A stretch of DNA of 64,000 nucleotides from positions 36,808 to 100,807 of the forward strand of contig JAPOYA010000001.1 in NCBI GenBank assembly GCA_026706815.1, read 5' to 3'. This document shows, piece by piece, positions 1 to 9,242 of this stretch (the stretch's first letter is position 1; every line of letters starts with the position of its first letter). Origin of the DNA: Acidimicrobiaceae bacterium (GTDB lineage Bacteria > Actinomycetota > Acidimicrobiia > Acidimicrobiales > Aldehydirespiratoraceae). The notes beneath the pieces are model-generated. The model saw only the letters and a list, made by a program, of their open reading frames with translations. It was not told the DNA's origin and ran no database searches. The position numbers and the translations under genes were made by a program.

Positions 1-785
1 TTGTGGGGGGCCTCCGCAACCGCTTCTGCGCCCAAGGCCTGTTGTATGTGGGGTCTGGCCAGAAGATCAGACCACAGTCGCTTCATGTCGCCGACCGCGT
101 GCCGCCCTCCTCGGCGGATGCCGAAACCGACGTTCGCCCGACCTCGCCCAAGGGGGAACGACCAGGCGTAACCGGGCAGAAGGTCGGGTTCGAACCAGAC
201 GATCAGTTGCTGTTGTGCTTGGCCGGTGACGCTGCGGTAGTACTGGCGAAAAGCATGCCATTCACCCAGGTATTGGTCGATCCCCAGACCCAGCGACTTG
301 CGAACCGGCGACCACATTCCGTCAGCGGCGATCAGATTCGAGGCCCGAATGCGGTGCCCGCCCTTGCCGCCTGTGAGCACGTCGATGGTGTTGCCCGAGA
401 CTTCGGTGCCGGTCACCGTGCATTCCGGCTCGACACGAGCACCGGCGGAGCGTGCCAGTTCCAGCACTGCGGCATCCAGATCGATGCGCGGTACCACCGC
501 TGCGTGACAGCCCGGTCCGTCGGGCAGGGGATAACGCTGTTCGGTTCCCGAAGGCGACCGCACAGCGACGTCGCGAACGACGTTCCAAGATTCGATATTG
601 CCCGGATCAAGGCCCAAGAACTCGAATTCGCGGAGCGCGAGGGCAGTAAGGCCGTCTCCGCAGCACTTGTCCCGTGGAAACGCTGCTTTGTCGACGACAA
701 GGACGTCTCGGCCCGCCCGTGCCAAGACGATCGCAGCTGCCGAACCGGCCGGACCCCCGCCGACGACAACGGTCTCGGCTCTCAC
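1..785 (-). CDS. Geranylgeranyl reductase family FAD-dependent oxidoreductase (MenJ-like), 3' end outside window
   Basis: Not in ORF track (no stop in window). Manual translation from GTG at 785: MRAETVVVGGGPAGSAAAIVLARAGRDVLVVDKAAFPRDKCCGDGL...LIAADG...PGYAWSFP...ANVGFG. Overlaps the upstream stop as GTGA. Confidence 0.85.
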   Translation of the reverse strand, partial: MRAETVVVGGGPAGSAAAIVLARAGRDVLVVDKAAFPRDKCCGDGLTALALREFEFLGLDPGNIESWNVVRDVAVRSPSGTEQRYPLPDGPGCHAAVVPRIDLDAAVLELARSAGARVEPECTVTGTEVSGNTIDVLTGGKGGHRIRASNLIAADGMWSPVRKSLGLGIDQYLGEWHAFRQYYRSVTGQAQQQLIVWFEPDLLPGYAWSFPLGRGRANVGFGIRRGGRHAVGDMKRLWSDLLARPHIQQALGAEAVAEAPH

Positions 786-2620
786 GATGACCCGCCCTGC
801 TCAGCCCCGGCGGACGTAGAGGCGCCCTGCTCGGGGCCAGCCTGTTCAGAGGCGCCCTGGTCGGCATTGTCATCGTTGGATTCGCCTTGGCCTCTCTGGT
901 CCCGGTCGGTTCCCCCGCTGTCGTGGTCCGGTCCGTCGCCGTCGTCGACGCCGTCTTCGAGGTCGTGGGGTCCGTCGCCGTCTTCGCCGTCGGGGACCGT
1001 GCTGGTTGTCGAAACGCTCGGCGTGCCGTCACACAGGATTCCCTCCGGGTGGTAACGGGCGAAAACCATGTCCACCTCCCGGCGTCCGTCCTCCACGTAA
1101 GTCCGGGTTCGCTCGGTGTACACGTTGGTGCAGGCCAGCCCATGGGGAACGGTCGTCTGGCCTGTCTGCTCTGCAAAGACGGTCCGAGTCGAATAGAGCC
1201 GCACCGTGATCGAATCTTGCGTCACCGTCGGCCAGATCAGCACCCCGTAGGGCGTGTTGTTGACTAACTGCAGGTCTGGGGCGGGATGCGACACGGTCGC
1301 CTCGCGGCCATAGGGATAGCGATCGAGATAGATCGAATGGCTCTGGTACACGCCGAAGTCGAGACCGGCGAAGAAAGCAGCGTTGAACAGGGTTGTCGCA
1401 TACTGCGAGATGCCTCCTCCGACTGAATCGACGAAGACCCCCTCGTAGATCATCCCCGCGGGCACAAAGCCCCCTTCGGCCGTTCGGGGACCGACATACC
1501 CGTTGACCGAGAACGTCTCACCGGGTTCGATCACCGCTCCTCGGGTCAATTCGGCGATGCGGAAGATGTTGATCACACGCGGCTGCCCCGGCGCGAAGTC
1601 GGTCGTGAACTGGCCGACCACCTCGCGTACGCCCAACGACTCGGCCCAGGCGACGCCCTTGGCATCGGGGTCTTCAGTGGGCCGGACCTTGACGCGGCTC
1701 TCTCCCGCGGTCAGAGCCTCGAGAATCCGCTCGCCGGTGTCTTCGGTGCAGCAGACGCTTCCGGGAGAACCGCCGACGATATGGATATTCTCGGCGTAAT
1801 CGACAAAGAACGTCGTCTCCTGTCCGGGATCGCCGAGGCCGACGAACAGGGCGGCCAAGGTTTCCACGACAGTGTCATTGTCCAGCGAGATCTCCCCGGC
1901 GGGACTGAACTCGACCCACTGACGCAAGGTTTGCGCAGGGATCGAGTGGTACTCCGAGAAACCCAACAACGCCACCTCGATGCCGTCTTGGGTCAGTTCG
2001 TTGGCTCGGCGCGCGAGTTCCGTGCCGCCGACGTCTATGGCCTCGCTTCCGAGGGTGGGCAACTCGATGGGATTCTCGCCGCCGGCGGTGACTGCGATCA
2101 GCAGCTGTCGTTCAAGCTCGGCGATGTCGATGATCGGGATCTTGGCGGTGTCGGCCGAGACGAAGACCCCGTCGGCCAATGCCACGCCGAGGCCGCCGGG
2201 ATCGACGAGAAGAACCGCATCGGCCCCCTCGCCTAGCAGTCCGACCAGAGCGCTCCGATCCAGAAAATAGTGGGGAGTGACCCTGCGGTTGGCGACTGGC
2301 GAGAACAGCCACCGGAACGGTTGCGTTGCGCCGCCGCTCTCGGCGGCTTCATCGAGGGTCGCTTCGATATCGATGCCGATGCCCAACTCCGCAGCGGACA
2401 CAGTCACAGAAGCTTGGTCCCAAACCAGGGTCAGGGGTTTGTCGAGGGAGGGGTGCGAAGCGAGTCGCAGCGCCGCTTCTTCACGGCTCATCGACCCGAC
2501 AGCGACTTCGTCGACTTCCACCCCTCTCGGGATGTCCTCGCCGTTGACAACGTCGTCGATGATCCAGGCGATCACAATCAAGATGACAGTCGCGGCTATC
2601 ACCGAGAGGGTCGCTCGCAC
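782..2620 (-). CDS. VanW family protein with N-terminal membrane anchor and acidic low-complexity tail
   Basis: VanW motifs GETFSVNGYVGPRT, VGGGISQYATTLFNAAFFAGL, HSIYLDRYPYGREATV. Likely start GTG 2620, 8 nt after TACGAT. Confidence 0.85.
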   Translation of the reverse strand: MRATLSVIAATVILIVIAWIIDDVVNGEDIPRGVEVDEVAVGSMSREEAALRLASHPSLDKPLTLVWDQASVTVSAAELGIGIDIEATLDEAAESGGATQPFRWLFSPVANRRVTPHYFLDRSALVGLLGEGADAVLLVDPGGLGVALADGVFVSADTAKIPIIDIAELERQLLIAVTAGGENPIELPTLGSEAIDVGGTELARRANELTQDGIEVALLGFSEYHSIPAQTLRQWVEFSPAGEISLDNDTVVETLAALFVGLGDPGQETTFFVDYAENIHIVGGSPGSVCCTEDTGERILEALTAGESRVKVRPTEDPDAKGVAWAESLGVREVVGQFTTDFAPGQPRVINIFRIAELTRGAVIEPGETFSVNGYVGPRTAEGGFVPAGMIYEGVFVDSVGGGISQYATTLFNAAFFAGLDFGVYQSHSIYLDRYPYGREATVSHPAPDLQLVNNTPYGVLIWPTVTQDSITVRLYSTRTVFAEQTGQTTVPHGLACTNVYTERTRTYVEDGRREVDMVFARYHPEGILCDGTPSVSTTSTVPDGEDGDGPHDLEDGVDDGDGPDHDSGGTDRDQRGQGESNDDNADQGASEQAGPEQGASTSAGAEQGGSS

Positions 2621-2680
2621 GGTGCCCAATCGTATAGGTCGCGACCGTTCAAAAGAGGCTCAAAAGAGGCCGAAAAGAGG

Positions 2681-3346
2681 TCAAAAGAGTCTCGGGTTGG
2701 GGGATTCGATGCCGCGTAATTCGTCGTAGTCGACTTCAACGCACTCGATCTCGCGATCCTCGGCCAATACCTTCGCCTGCGGCTTGATTTCCTGGGCGAC
2801 GAACACGCCCCGAACCGGACTCAGCGCCGGGTCGCGGTTCAAGAACTCCAGGTATCGACTGAGCTGCTCGACTCCGTCGATCTCCCCTCGGCGTTTCACC
2901 TCGATAGCCACCGCCGCGCCGTCGGAGTCGCGGCACATCAGGTCTACCGGGCCGATACTGGTCGGGAACTCACGGCGCACCAGTCTCAGGCCTTCGGTTA
3001 TCGACGTGGGATCGTCGGCAAGAAGCTCCTGCAGGTGCGCCTCGACGCCGTCTTTCTGCAGTCCGGGATCTCGCCCCATCTCAAATGACGAGTCGCTCAT
3101 CACCTCGTGGAGGGTGATCGTCAGGACTTCACCCTTCGGGTTGGCGACCGTCCATGTGCCGTCTTCGAGATTCTCCGAGAGCCGGTTGGGGGGATTCATC
3201 CAGTTGAGCGGCTTGTAGGCGCCGCCGTCTGCGTGAATCGCCACGCTGCCGTCGGCCTTGACCATCAACAAGCGCATCGCCTCGGGCAGGTGGGCTTGCA
3301 GCCGCCCGTTGTAGTCGACCGTGCAGCGAGCCACCACAAGACGCAT
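2681..3346 (-). CDS. nucS: Mismatch endonuclease NucS/EndoMS
   Basis: [67 protein letters not shown]. Confidence 0.95.
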   Translation of the reverse strand: MRLVVARCTVDYNGRLQAHLPEAMRLLMVKADGSVAIHADGGAYKPLNWMNPPNRLSENLEDGTWTVANPKGEVLTITLHEVMSDSSFEMGRDPGLQKDGVEAHLQELLADDPTSITEGLRLVRREFPTSIGPVDLMCRDSDGAAVAIEVKRRGEIDGVEQLSRYLEFLNRDPALSPVRGVFVAQEIKPQAKVLAEDREIECVEVDYDELRGIESPNPRLF

Positions 3347-3428
3347 CTCGCAATGCTATCTAGCAGAAATCCGAGCCCGTTTTGGCTGTGTCGCCACTGC
3401 GCGGCGCGGCATAGTCTGCTTGTCCCAG

Positions 3429-3971
3429 GTGTTCGACCGCCTGTGCGAGAGCGAAAGCGTCGGTCTCGTTACGCCTGGATTGGTCGATCTGCTCGCTGGC
3501 GGAGAGTCGCAGACCGTTGAGTTCAAGTCCACGGCACGCGTCAACCTGCACACTGGCGCAAGAGACAAAAGAATGGAGCATGTCATATCCAAGTCTGTGT
3601 GCGGGTTCCTCAATGCCGAGGGCGGCAAGTTGCTGATCGGGGTTGATGACCAGGGAACGCTTCTGGGCCTCGATACGGATATGCGGACGCTTGGCAAAAA
3701 AGGCAATCGCGACGGGTTTGAGCTGGCTCTTCGCCAGAGCCTCGATCATTCATTGTCAGCACTCACGGCGAGCACTGTGCGGATCGAATTCGAGTCTTGT
3801 GAAGGCGCCGATGTGTGTGTGGTCACCGTCGCTGCCTCGGGAAAGCCGGTGTTCGCCAGGTCGCTCGAAGGTGCCGGCGAACCGTCGGAGTTCTGGGTGC
3901 GGATGGGCAACGCCACGAAACAGATTCATGGCGCAGACATGCTGGAGTACCAATCCGAGCACTGGGGTTAG
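3429..3971 (+). CDS. Schlafen/AlbA_2 domain protein (start uncertain)
   Basis: GESQTVEFKSTAR...SVCGFLNAEGGKLLIGVDDQG...FWVRMGNAT. Confidence 0.75.
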   Translation: MFDRLCESESVGLVTPGLVDLLAGGESQTVEFKSTARVNLHTGARDKRMEHVISKSVCGFLNAEGGKLLIGVDDQGTLLGLDTDMRTLGKKGNRDGFELALRQSLDHSLSALTASTVRIEFESCEGADVCVVTVAASGKPVFARSLEGAGEPSEFWVRMGNATKQIHGADMLEYQSEHWG

Positions 3972-4045
3972 ATGTCAATTTGCTCGTGAGACTTCAAGTC
4001 ATCGCTCGTGTTGATCACTCGTTACGCTCGGCACAGTCGACGCGT

Positions 4046-4756
4046 TCACCCTGACCGTGTCGGGCACGAGAGGCAGGGGTCCCAAGGGTCGGGTTCTCCC
4101 TCGGCGTCCGGGTAGACGAAACGGATCAGGCCCACGGCCAGTACCAGACCGATCAGTTGCATGACGATGAACATGGGCGCAGAAGACGGCTCGATCCCCG
4201 CGAACGTGTCTGAGAACATGCGCCCGATCGTCACGGCCGGGTTGGCGAAGCTGGTGGAGGACGTGAAGTAGTAGGCCCCGCCGATGTAGGCGGCTACCGA
4301 GCCGGCAATCAGTCGGTGCCGACCCGTGCGGACCAGCGAGAAGATGAGCGCCACCAGGCCGACGGTCGCGACCACTTCACCGAGCCACAGGTGACCCGCT
4401 GAGCGTGTTTTTGTGGACCAATTCACTGCGTCCAAGTCGAACATCAGGTTGGCCACCACAGTGCCTGCCACCGCACCGGTGATCTGGGCACAGACATAGG
4501 CGAGGACGCGACCTCGCGGGAAACTGCCGAGCGCCCAGTCGGCCAGGGTCACCGCCGGGTTGAAGTGGGCGCCTGAGAGCGGACCGAACATGACGATGAC
4601 GGCCAACAGCACGCCGGCGGTCGCGGCCGCGTTCTGGAGGAGTTGCAGGCCCACATCATTGGGTGAGAGGCGTTCGGCCATGATGCCCGAGCCCACCACG
4701 CCGATCAGCAGGAAAGCCGTTCCAGTGGCCTCTGCTGCCAGTTTGCGGTTCAACAT
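4046..4756 (-). CDS. MIP/aquaporin family channel
   Basis: Two NPA boxes (SGAHFNPAVT, STSFANPAVT) and hydrophobic helices. ATG 4756 overlaps the cysQ stop. Confidence 0.9.
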   Translation of the reverse strand: MLNRKLAAEATGTAFLLIGVVGSGIMAERLSPNDVGLQLLQNAAATAGVLLAVIVMFGPLSGAHFNPAVTLADWALGSFPRGRVLAYVCAQITGAVAGTVVANLMFDLDAVNWSTKTRSAGHLWLGEVVATVGLVALIFSLVRTGRHRLIAGSVAAYIGGAYYFTSSTSFANPAVTIGRMFSDTFAGIEPSSAPMFIVMQLIGLVLAVGLIRFVYPDAEGEPDPWDPCLSCPTRSG

Positions 4757-5586
4757 GTGTGTTGGGATGTCTGTTGGGAGGCGAAGCTCGCCAGGCTTTT
4801 GAGCGTTGCTTCCGCCAACTCCCGACGACAGACCAGCAGATCCGGGAGATATGGATCGGCTTGGTTGTAGAGCAGTTCGGAGCCGTCGATGCGGCTTGCG
4901 TGGCAGCCCGCCGCGGCGGCTACGGCCACCGGCGCGCATGAGTCCCACTCGTATTGCCCCCCGCTGTGGGCGTAGATCTCGCACTCGCCGCGAACCACCG
5001 CCATCGCTTTGGCGCCTGCCGAACCCATCTCCACCAGATCAGCGCCGAGCTCTTCGGCAACATGGAGCGCCGCAGCCGGGGGTCTGGTTCGGGAGACGGT
5101 CAACCGCGCCGGTTGAGGTCCGATGGGGGGAGGAGACGGGGGATCAGCGGTGCTCAGGAGCAGACCGAGCCCGGGAAGTGCCACGGCGCCGGCGATTGGA
5201 CGGCTGCCGGCCACCAGCGCTACATGGACCGCCCAGTCAGTGCGGGGAACCTCTGAGAACTCGCGGGTGCCGTCGAGCGGATCGATGATCCAAATGCGCT
5301 CAGCGTCGAGACGAGTGAGATCGTCCTTGCCTTCCTCAGACAGAATCGCGTCGTTCGGCCGCGCCGCTTGCAGGCGATTCATGAGAAGCTCGTGGGCCTG
5401 CCGGTCGCCTTGCGCCTTCAGCACCGCCAAGGGTACGTCTTGGGCGTGCAGGCGAGCCCGCAGTGCCACTAGAAGTCGTCCTGCTTCGTCCGCCAATTGA
5501 GCCGCGAGACGATGGTCTTCGATCGACGCGTTGACCGGTGGTGCAGTGATGGCTCCGATTCCAGCAGTCGCAACGGCGTTGCACAA
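4750..5586 (-). CDS. cysQ: 3'(2'),5'-bisphosphate nucleotidase CysQ (start uncertain)
   Basis: Inositol monophosphatase motifs ILSEE, WIIDPLDGTREF, MGSAGAK, YEWDSCAP. Confidence 0.9.
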   Translation of the reverse strand: MCNAVATAGIGAITAPPVNASIEDHRLAAQLADEAGRLLVALRARLHAQDVPLAVLKAQGDRQAHELLMNRLQAARPNDAILSEEGKDDLTRLDAERIWIIDPLDGTREFSEVPRTDWAVHVALVAGSRPIAGAVALPGLGLLLSTADPPSPPPIGPQPARLTVSRTRPPAAALHVAEELGADLVEMGSAGAKAMAVVRGECEIYAHSGGQYEWDSCAPVAVAAAAGCHASRIDGSELLYNQADPYLPDLLVCRRELAEATLKSLASFASQQTSQHTC

Positions 5587-5704
5587 GTCCAAGACGTCGT
5601 CTGCCGAACCTGCCGAACCTGCTGAACGACTCCGGCAAGAGGTTGTGGCATTGAGCCAGACCCGAGTGGCAGATCCAAGTGGGGTCCGGCTGCCTGCAGC
5701 TTGC

Positions 5705-6013
5705 TCAGCAACCGGTGAGAGCGTCGAGTGCTCGACAGATCTCCGTGCGGCGGGCGCCAAGCGAGCCGATTCGATCAGTCAGGAACGACCTGCGGATGGG
5801 CTGAAGGTTGTCGAATGTCGCGGCGCAGGGTTCCGGCATGCCATCGTCGGCGCCCAGCATAATCTCTGTGGGAATCTTGCGGACCGTGCGGGTGACTGGG
5901 GCGACTATGATCCAGCGAAGCGCGGGAACTGCCTCGCTCCTGGTGACCACGAGAACGGGACGACGCTTGTCAGAGGCCTCGGCCCACCAGATTTCACCTT
6001 GGGTGGGTATCAC
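5705..6013 (-). CDS. mazF: Type II toxin, PemK/MazF family endoribonuclease
   Basis: QGEIWWAE..KRRPVLVVTR..IVAPVTRT..FDNLQPI. Confidence 0.9.
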   Translation of the reverse strand: MIPTQGEIWWAEASDKRRPVLVVTRSEAVPALRWIIVAPVTRTVRKIPTEIMLGADDGMPEPCAATFDNLQPIRRSFLTDRIGSLGARRTEICRALDALTGC

Positions 6014-6258
6014 CAGGACTCTTCGGCGATCATGGCGACGGTGGCTTCGTCGGCCCAGCCGACCTCTTCGGGAGTCTGAGGGTGGCGTTGGTAGCCGCGC
6101 ACGATCGCCTCGGCGGTTCGGCGTCGCTGGTGCTGGTCGATCAGGAGTCGCAGGCTTTGACGCACAGCATCGGAGCGAGACTTTGCTGCCCCCTCTGCTA
6201 CAAGTTCATCGACCCGCTCAGCGAGTTCGTCGTTGATTCTTGTGACGAGTTGGGCCAT
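6010..6258 (-). CDS. Ribbon-helix-helix antitoxin (MazE-like)
   Basis: MAQLVTRINDEL..SRSDAVRQSL with acidic C-terminus. 4-nt overlap with the toxin gene. Confidence 0.85.
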   Translation of the reverse strand: MAQLVTRINDELAERVDELVAEGAAKSRSDAVRQSLRLLIDQHQRRRTAEAIVRGYQRHPQTPEEVGWADEATVAMIAEESW

Positions 6259-6359
6259 ATGTTCAGCATAGCATTCTGCAATGCATCACGCTGGGCGGGC
6301 ATGAGTTGATGGGGACTGCGGGTTCGTGTCGGGTTGAATGGGCCGTATTGTTGGCAGCG

Positions 6360-7265
6360 ATGTCCTTCGACCTCACACATTTGCGCCAGCTCGAAGCGGA
6401 ATCGATCCACATCTTCCGCGAGGTGGCCGCTGAGTTCGAGAACCCCTGCCTGTTGTTCTCCGGCGGCAAGGACAGCATCGTCATGCTGCACATTGCCCAG
6501 AAGGCCTTCTGGCCTGCAAGGTTGCCGTTTGCGGTGATGCATGTCGACACGGGCCACAACTTCCCGGAGGTGCTCGAGTTCCGGGATCGTCGGGTTGCCG
6601 AACTCGGAGCGCGGCTGGTGGTCGCCTGTGTGCAGGAGGCGATCGACTCCGGAATGGCCACCGAGGAGACGGGTCCCCGAGCTAGCCGCAATCGGCTGCA
6701 GACAGCGGTGCTGCTGGATGCGATCGAACGGCACCGTTTCGATGCTCTGTTCGGTGGCGCCCGCAGAGACGAGGAGAAGGCGCGGGCCAAAGAGCGGGTG
6801 TTCTCCTTCCGTGACGAGTTCGGCCAGTGGGACCCGAAGAGCCAGCGCCCGGAACTCTGGAACCTCTACAACGGCCGGATCCTGATGGGTGAGCACATCC
6901 GGGTGTTCCCGATCAGCAACTACACCGAACTCGACGTCTGGCAGTACATCAAGGATGAGCAGATCGAGATCCCGTCGGTGTACTTCGCACACCGGCGCGA
7001 GGTGTTCGAACGCGATTCGATGTTGCTGGCGACCGGCCCCTGCATCGCCCTCATGGACGGAGAGGAGCCTTTCGTCGAGAGAGTCAGGTACCGCACGGTC
7101 GGTGACATGAGCTGCACCGGTGCGGTGGAATCCAGTGCCGACACCATCGACAAGATCATCGAAGAGGTTGCGGCGACCCGTATCACCGAACGAGGCGCCA
7201 CACGTGCCGACGACAAGGTGTCTGAAGCGGCTATGGAAGACCGCAAAAAAGAGGGCTACTTCTGA
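6360..7265 (+). CDS. cysD: Sulfate adenylyltransferase subunit 2
   Basis: LLFSGGKDS, HVDTGHNF, GGARRDEEKARAKER, MEDRKKEGYF. Confidence 0.97.
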   Translation: MSFDLTHLRQLEAESIHIFREVAAEFENPCLLFSGGKDSIVMLHIAQKAFWPARLPFAVMHVDTGHNFPEVLEFRDRRVAELGARLVVACVQEAIDSGMATEETGPRASRNRLQTAVLLDAIERHRFDALFGGARRDEEKARAKERVFSFRDEFGQWDPKSQRPELWNLYNGRILMGEHIRVFPISNYTELDVWQYIKDEQIEIPSVYFAHRREVFERDSMLLATGPCIALMDGEEPFVERVRYRTVGDMSCTGAVESSADTIDKIIEEVAATRITERGATRADDKVSEAAMEDRKKEGYF

Positions 7266-8521
7266 TGGAGATGCTCCGCTTCGCCACGGCCGGCTCGGTG
7301 GATGACGGAAAGTCCACGCTCATCGGACGCCTGCTGTACGACACCAAGACGATCTTCGAGGATCAGTTCGAGGCTGTAGAGAAGGCCTCGGTTCAGATGG
7401 GCGCCGAGTACACGAACTTGGCGCTGCTCACCGACGGCCTCCGCGCTGAGCGCGAGCAGGGCATCACCATCGATGTGGCCTACCGCTACTTCGCCACGCC
7501 GCGGCGCAAGTTCATCATCGCCGACACTCCGGGCCATATTCAATACACCCGCAACATGGTGACGGGCGCCTCCACTGCTGATCTGGCAATCGTGTTGATC
7601 GACGCCCGCAAAGGCGTGCTCGAGCAATCGAAGCGCCATGCCTTCCTGGCTTCGCTGCTGCGGATCCCGCATCTGGTCCTGGCAGTCAACAAAATGGACC
7701 TCGTCGACTACGACCAGGAGCGTTTCGAGGAGGTCAGGAATGAATTCCGGGACTTCGCGGCCAAGCTCAACATTGCGGATCTGGCGTTCATCCCCGTTTC
7801 GGCGCTGCACGGCGACAACATCGTCGACCGTTCCGCCAGCATGGCCTGGTACCAGGGGCCGTCGCTGCTGCACCACCTCGAAGAGGTTCATATTGCCTCT
7901 GACCGGAACCTGATCGACGCCCGCTTCCCGGTCCAGTATGTGATCCGCCCGCAGTCAGGTGAGTACCACGACTACCGCGGCTACGCGGGAACTGTCGCAG
8001 GCGGTGTTTTTCGCACTGGTGACGAGGTGACGGTGCTGCCGTCGGGCTTCAGCTCGACTGTCAAGAGCATTGAAACGTTCGATGGCCGAGTCGACGAGGC
8101 GTTCTCGCCGATGGCGGTCGCGATTCGCATCAACGACGAGATCGACATCTCGCGTGGCGACATGATCGTGCGGCCGAACAACCAGCCGACCGTCGCACAA
8201 GACATCGATGCGATGGTTTGCTGGATGAACGAGCGCATCTCTTTGCGTCCGGGCAGCAAGCTTGTGATCAAACACACCACCCGCTCCACCAAGGTCATAG
8301 TCAGAGACCTCAGCTACCTGCTTGACATAAACACCCTGCACCGCGACGAAGGCGCCGCTCAGTTGTCGCTCAACGAGATCGGGCGGGTGCAGCTTCGCAG
8401 CCAGGCGCCGCTGTTCTTCGACGAGTACCGGCGGAACCGTCAGACCGGCAGCTTCGTGTTGATCGACGAGGCCACCAACGTGACCGCGGGGGCGGGGATG
8501 ATCCTGGGTCCGGCGTCGTGA
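7265..8521 (+). CDS. cysN: Sulfate adenylyltransferase subunit 1 (GTPase)
   Basis: GSVDDGKSTLIGRLL, EREQGITIDVAYRYF, DTPGH, NKMD. Confidence 0.97.
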   Translation: MEMLRFATAGSVDDGKSTLIGRLLYDTKTIFEDQFEAVEKASVQMGAEYTNLALLTDGLRAEREQGITIDVAYRYFATPRRKFIIADTPGHIQYTRNMVTGASTADLAIVLIDARKGVLEQSKRHAFLASLLRIPHLVLAVNKMDLVDYDQERFEEVRNEFRDFAAKLNIADLAFIPVSALHGDNIVDRSASMAWYQGPSLLHHLEEVHIASDRNLIDARFPVQYVIRPQSGEYHDYRGYAGTVAGGVFRTGDEVTVLPSGFSSTVKSIETFDGRVDEAFSPMAVAIRINDEIDISRGDMIVRPNNQPTVAQDIDAMVCWMNERISLRPGSKLVIKHTTRSTKVIVRDLSYLLDINTLHRDEGAAQLSLNEIGRVQLRSQAPLFFDEYRRNRQTGSFVLIDEATNVTAGAGMILGPAS

Positions 8522-8534
8522 GGGCGGCGCAGCC

Positions 8535-9164
8535 GTGAGCGATCCTCCACCCGGCAGCGCGGACATCGTCTGGCATCAAGGCCACCTCTCGCGGTCGCAG
8601 CGCTGGGAGGCCCTGGGCCAACGCGGGGCGACCGTGTGGTTCACCGGTCTGTCGGGTTCGGGGAAGTCCAGCGTCGCCGTTGCGGTGGAAGAAGGCCTCG
8701 TCGAGTCGGGACGGCTCGCCTATGTCCTGGACGGTGACAACATTCGCCACGGCCTGAACCGCGATCTCGGCTTCGGGGCATCAGACCGCGACGAGAACGT
8801 CCGCCGCGTGGCTGAAGTCGGTCGTCTGCTGGCAGACGCGGGAGCGGTTTCGCTGATCCCTCTGGTGTCGCCCTATCGAGCGGCCCGAGCCAATGCTCGG
8901 GCGCTGCATGAAGCAGCGCAGATCCCGTTCATCGAGGTGTTCGTGGACACGCCGTTGGCGGTCTGCGAGCAGCGCGACTCCAAGGGCTTGTACGCCAAGG
9001 CCCGTGCGGGCGAGCTGAGCGGCTTCACCGGCATAGACGATCCCTACGAAGCGCCGCGCAGTCCCGAACTGCGCCTTGTCCCGGCCGACGGAGACGCCCG
9101 AGCCATGGCCGGGTTGGTGCTGGCGCTGCTCGACCGCGAGGCAGAACAGCTGGACTCAGCGTGA
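8535..9164 (+). CDS. cysC: Adenylyl-sulfate kinase
   Basis: WFTGLSGSGKSS, LDGDNIRHGLN, FTGIDDPYEAP. Confidence 0.95.
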   Translation: MSDPPPGSADIVWHQGHLSRSQRWEALGQRGATVWFTGLSGSGKSSVAVAVEEGLVESGRLAYVLDGDNIRHGLNRDLGFGASDRDENVRRVAEVGRLLADAGAVSLIPLVSPYRAARANARALHEAAQIPFIEVFVDTPLAVCEQRDSKGLYAKARAGELSGFTGIDDPYEAPRSPELRLVPADGDARAMAGLVLALLDREAEQLDSA

Positions 9165-9242
9165 CGGGAGAGAATGCTGGGAGAGAAATGCTGAGAGACA
9201 ATGTGCGCCAAGAGAGATGCCAAGAGAGAATGGACCCTGTCA

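Noticed and set aside
3-1055. 350-aa plus-strand ORF
   Set aside because: Antisense shadow of the geranylgeranyl-reductase-like gene and the vanW 3' end; no motifs.
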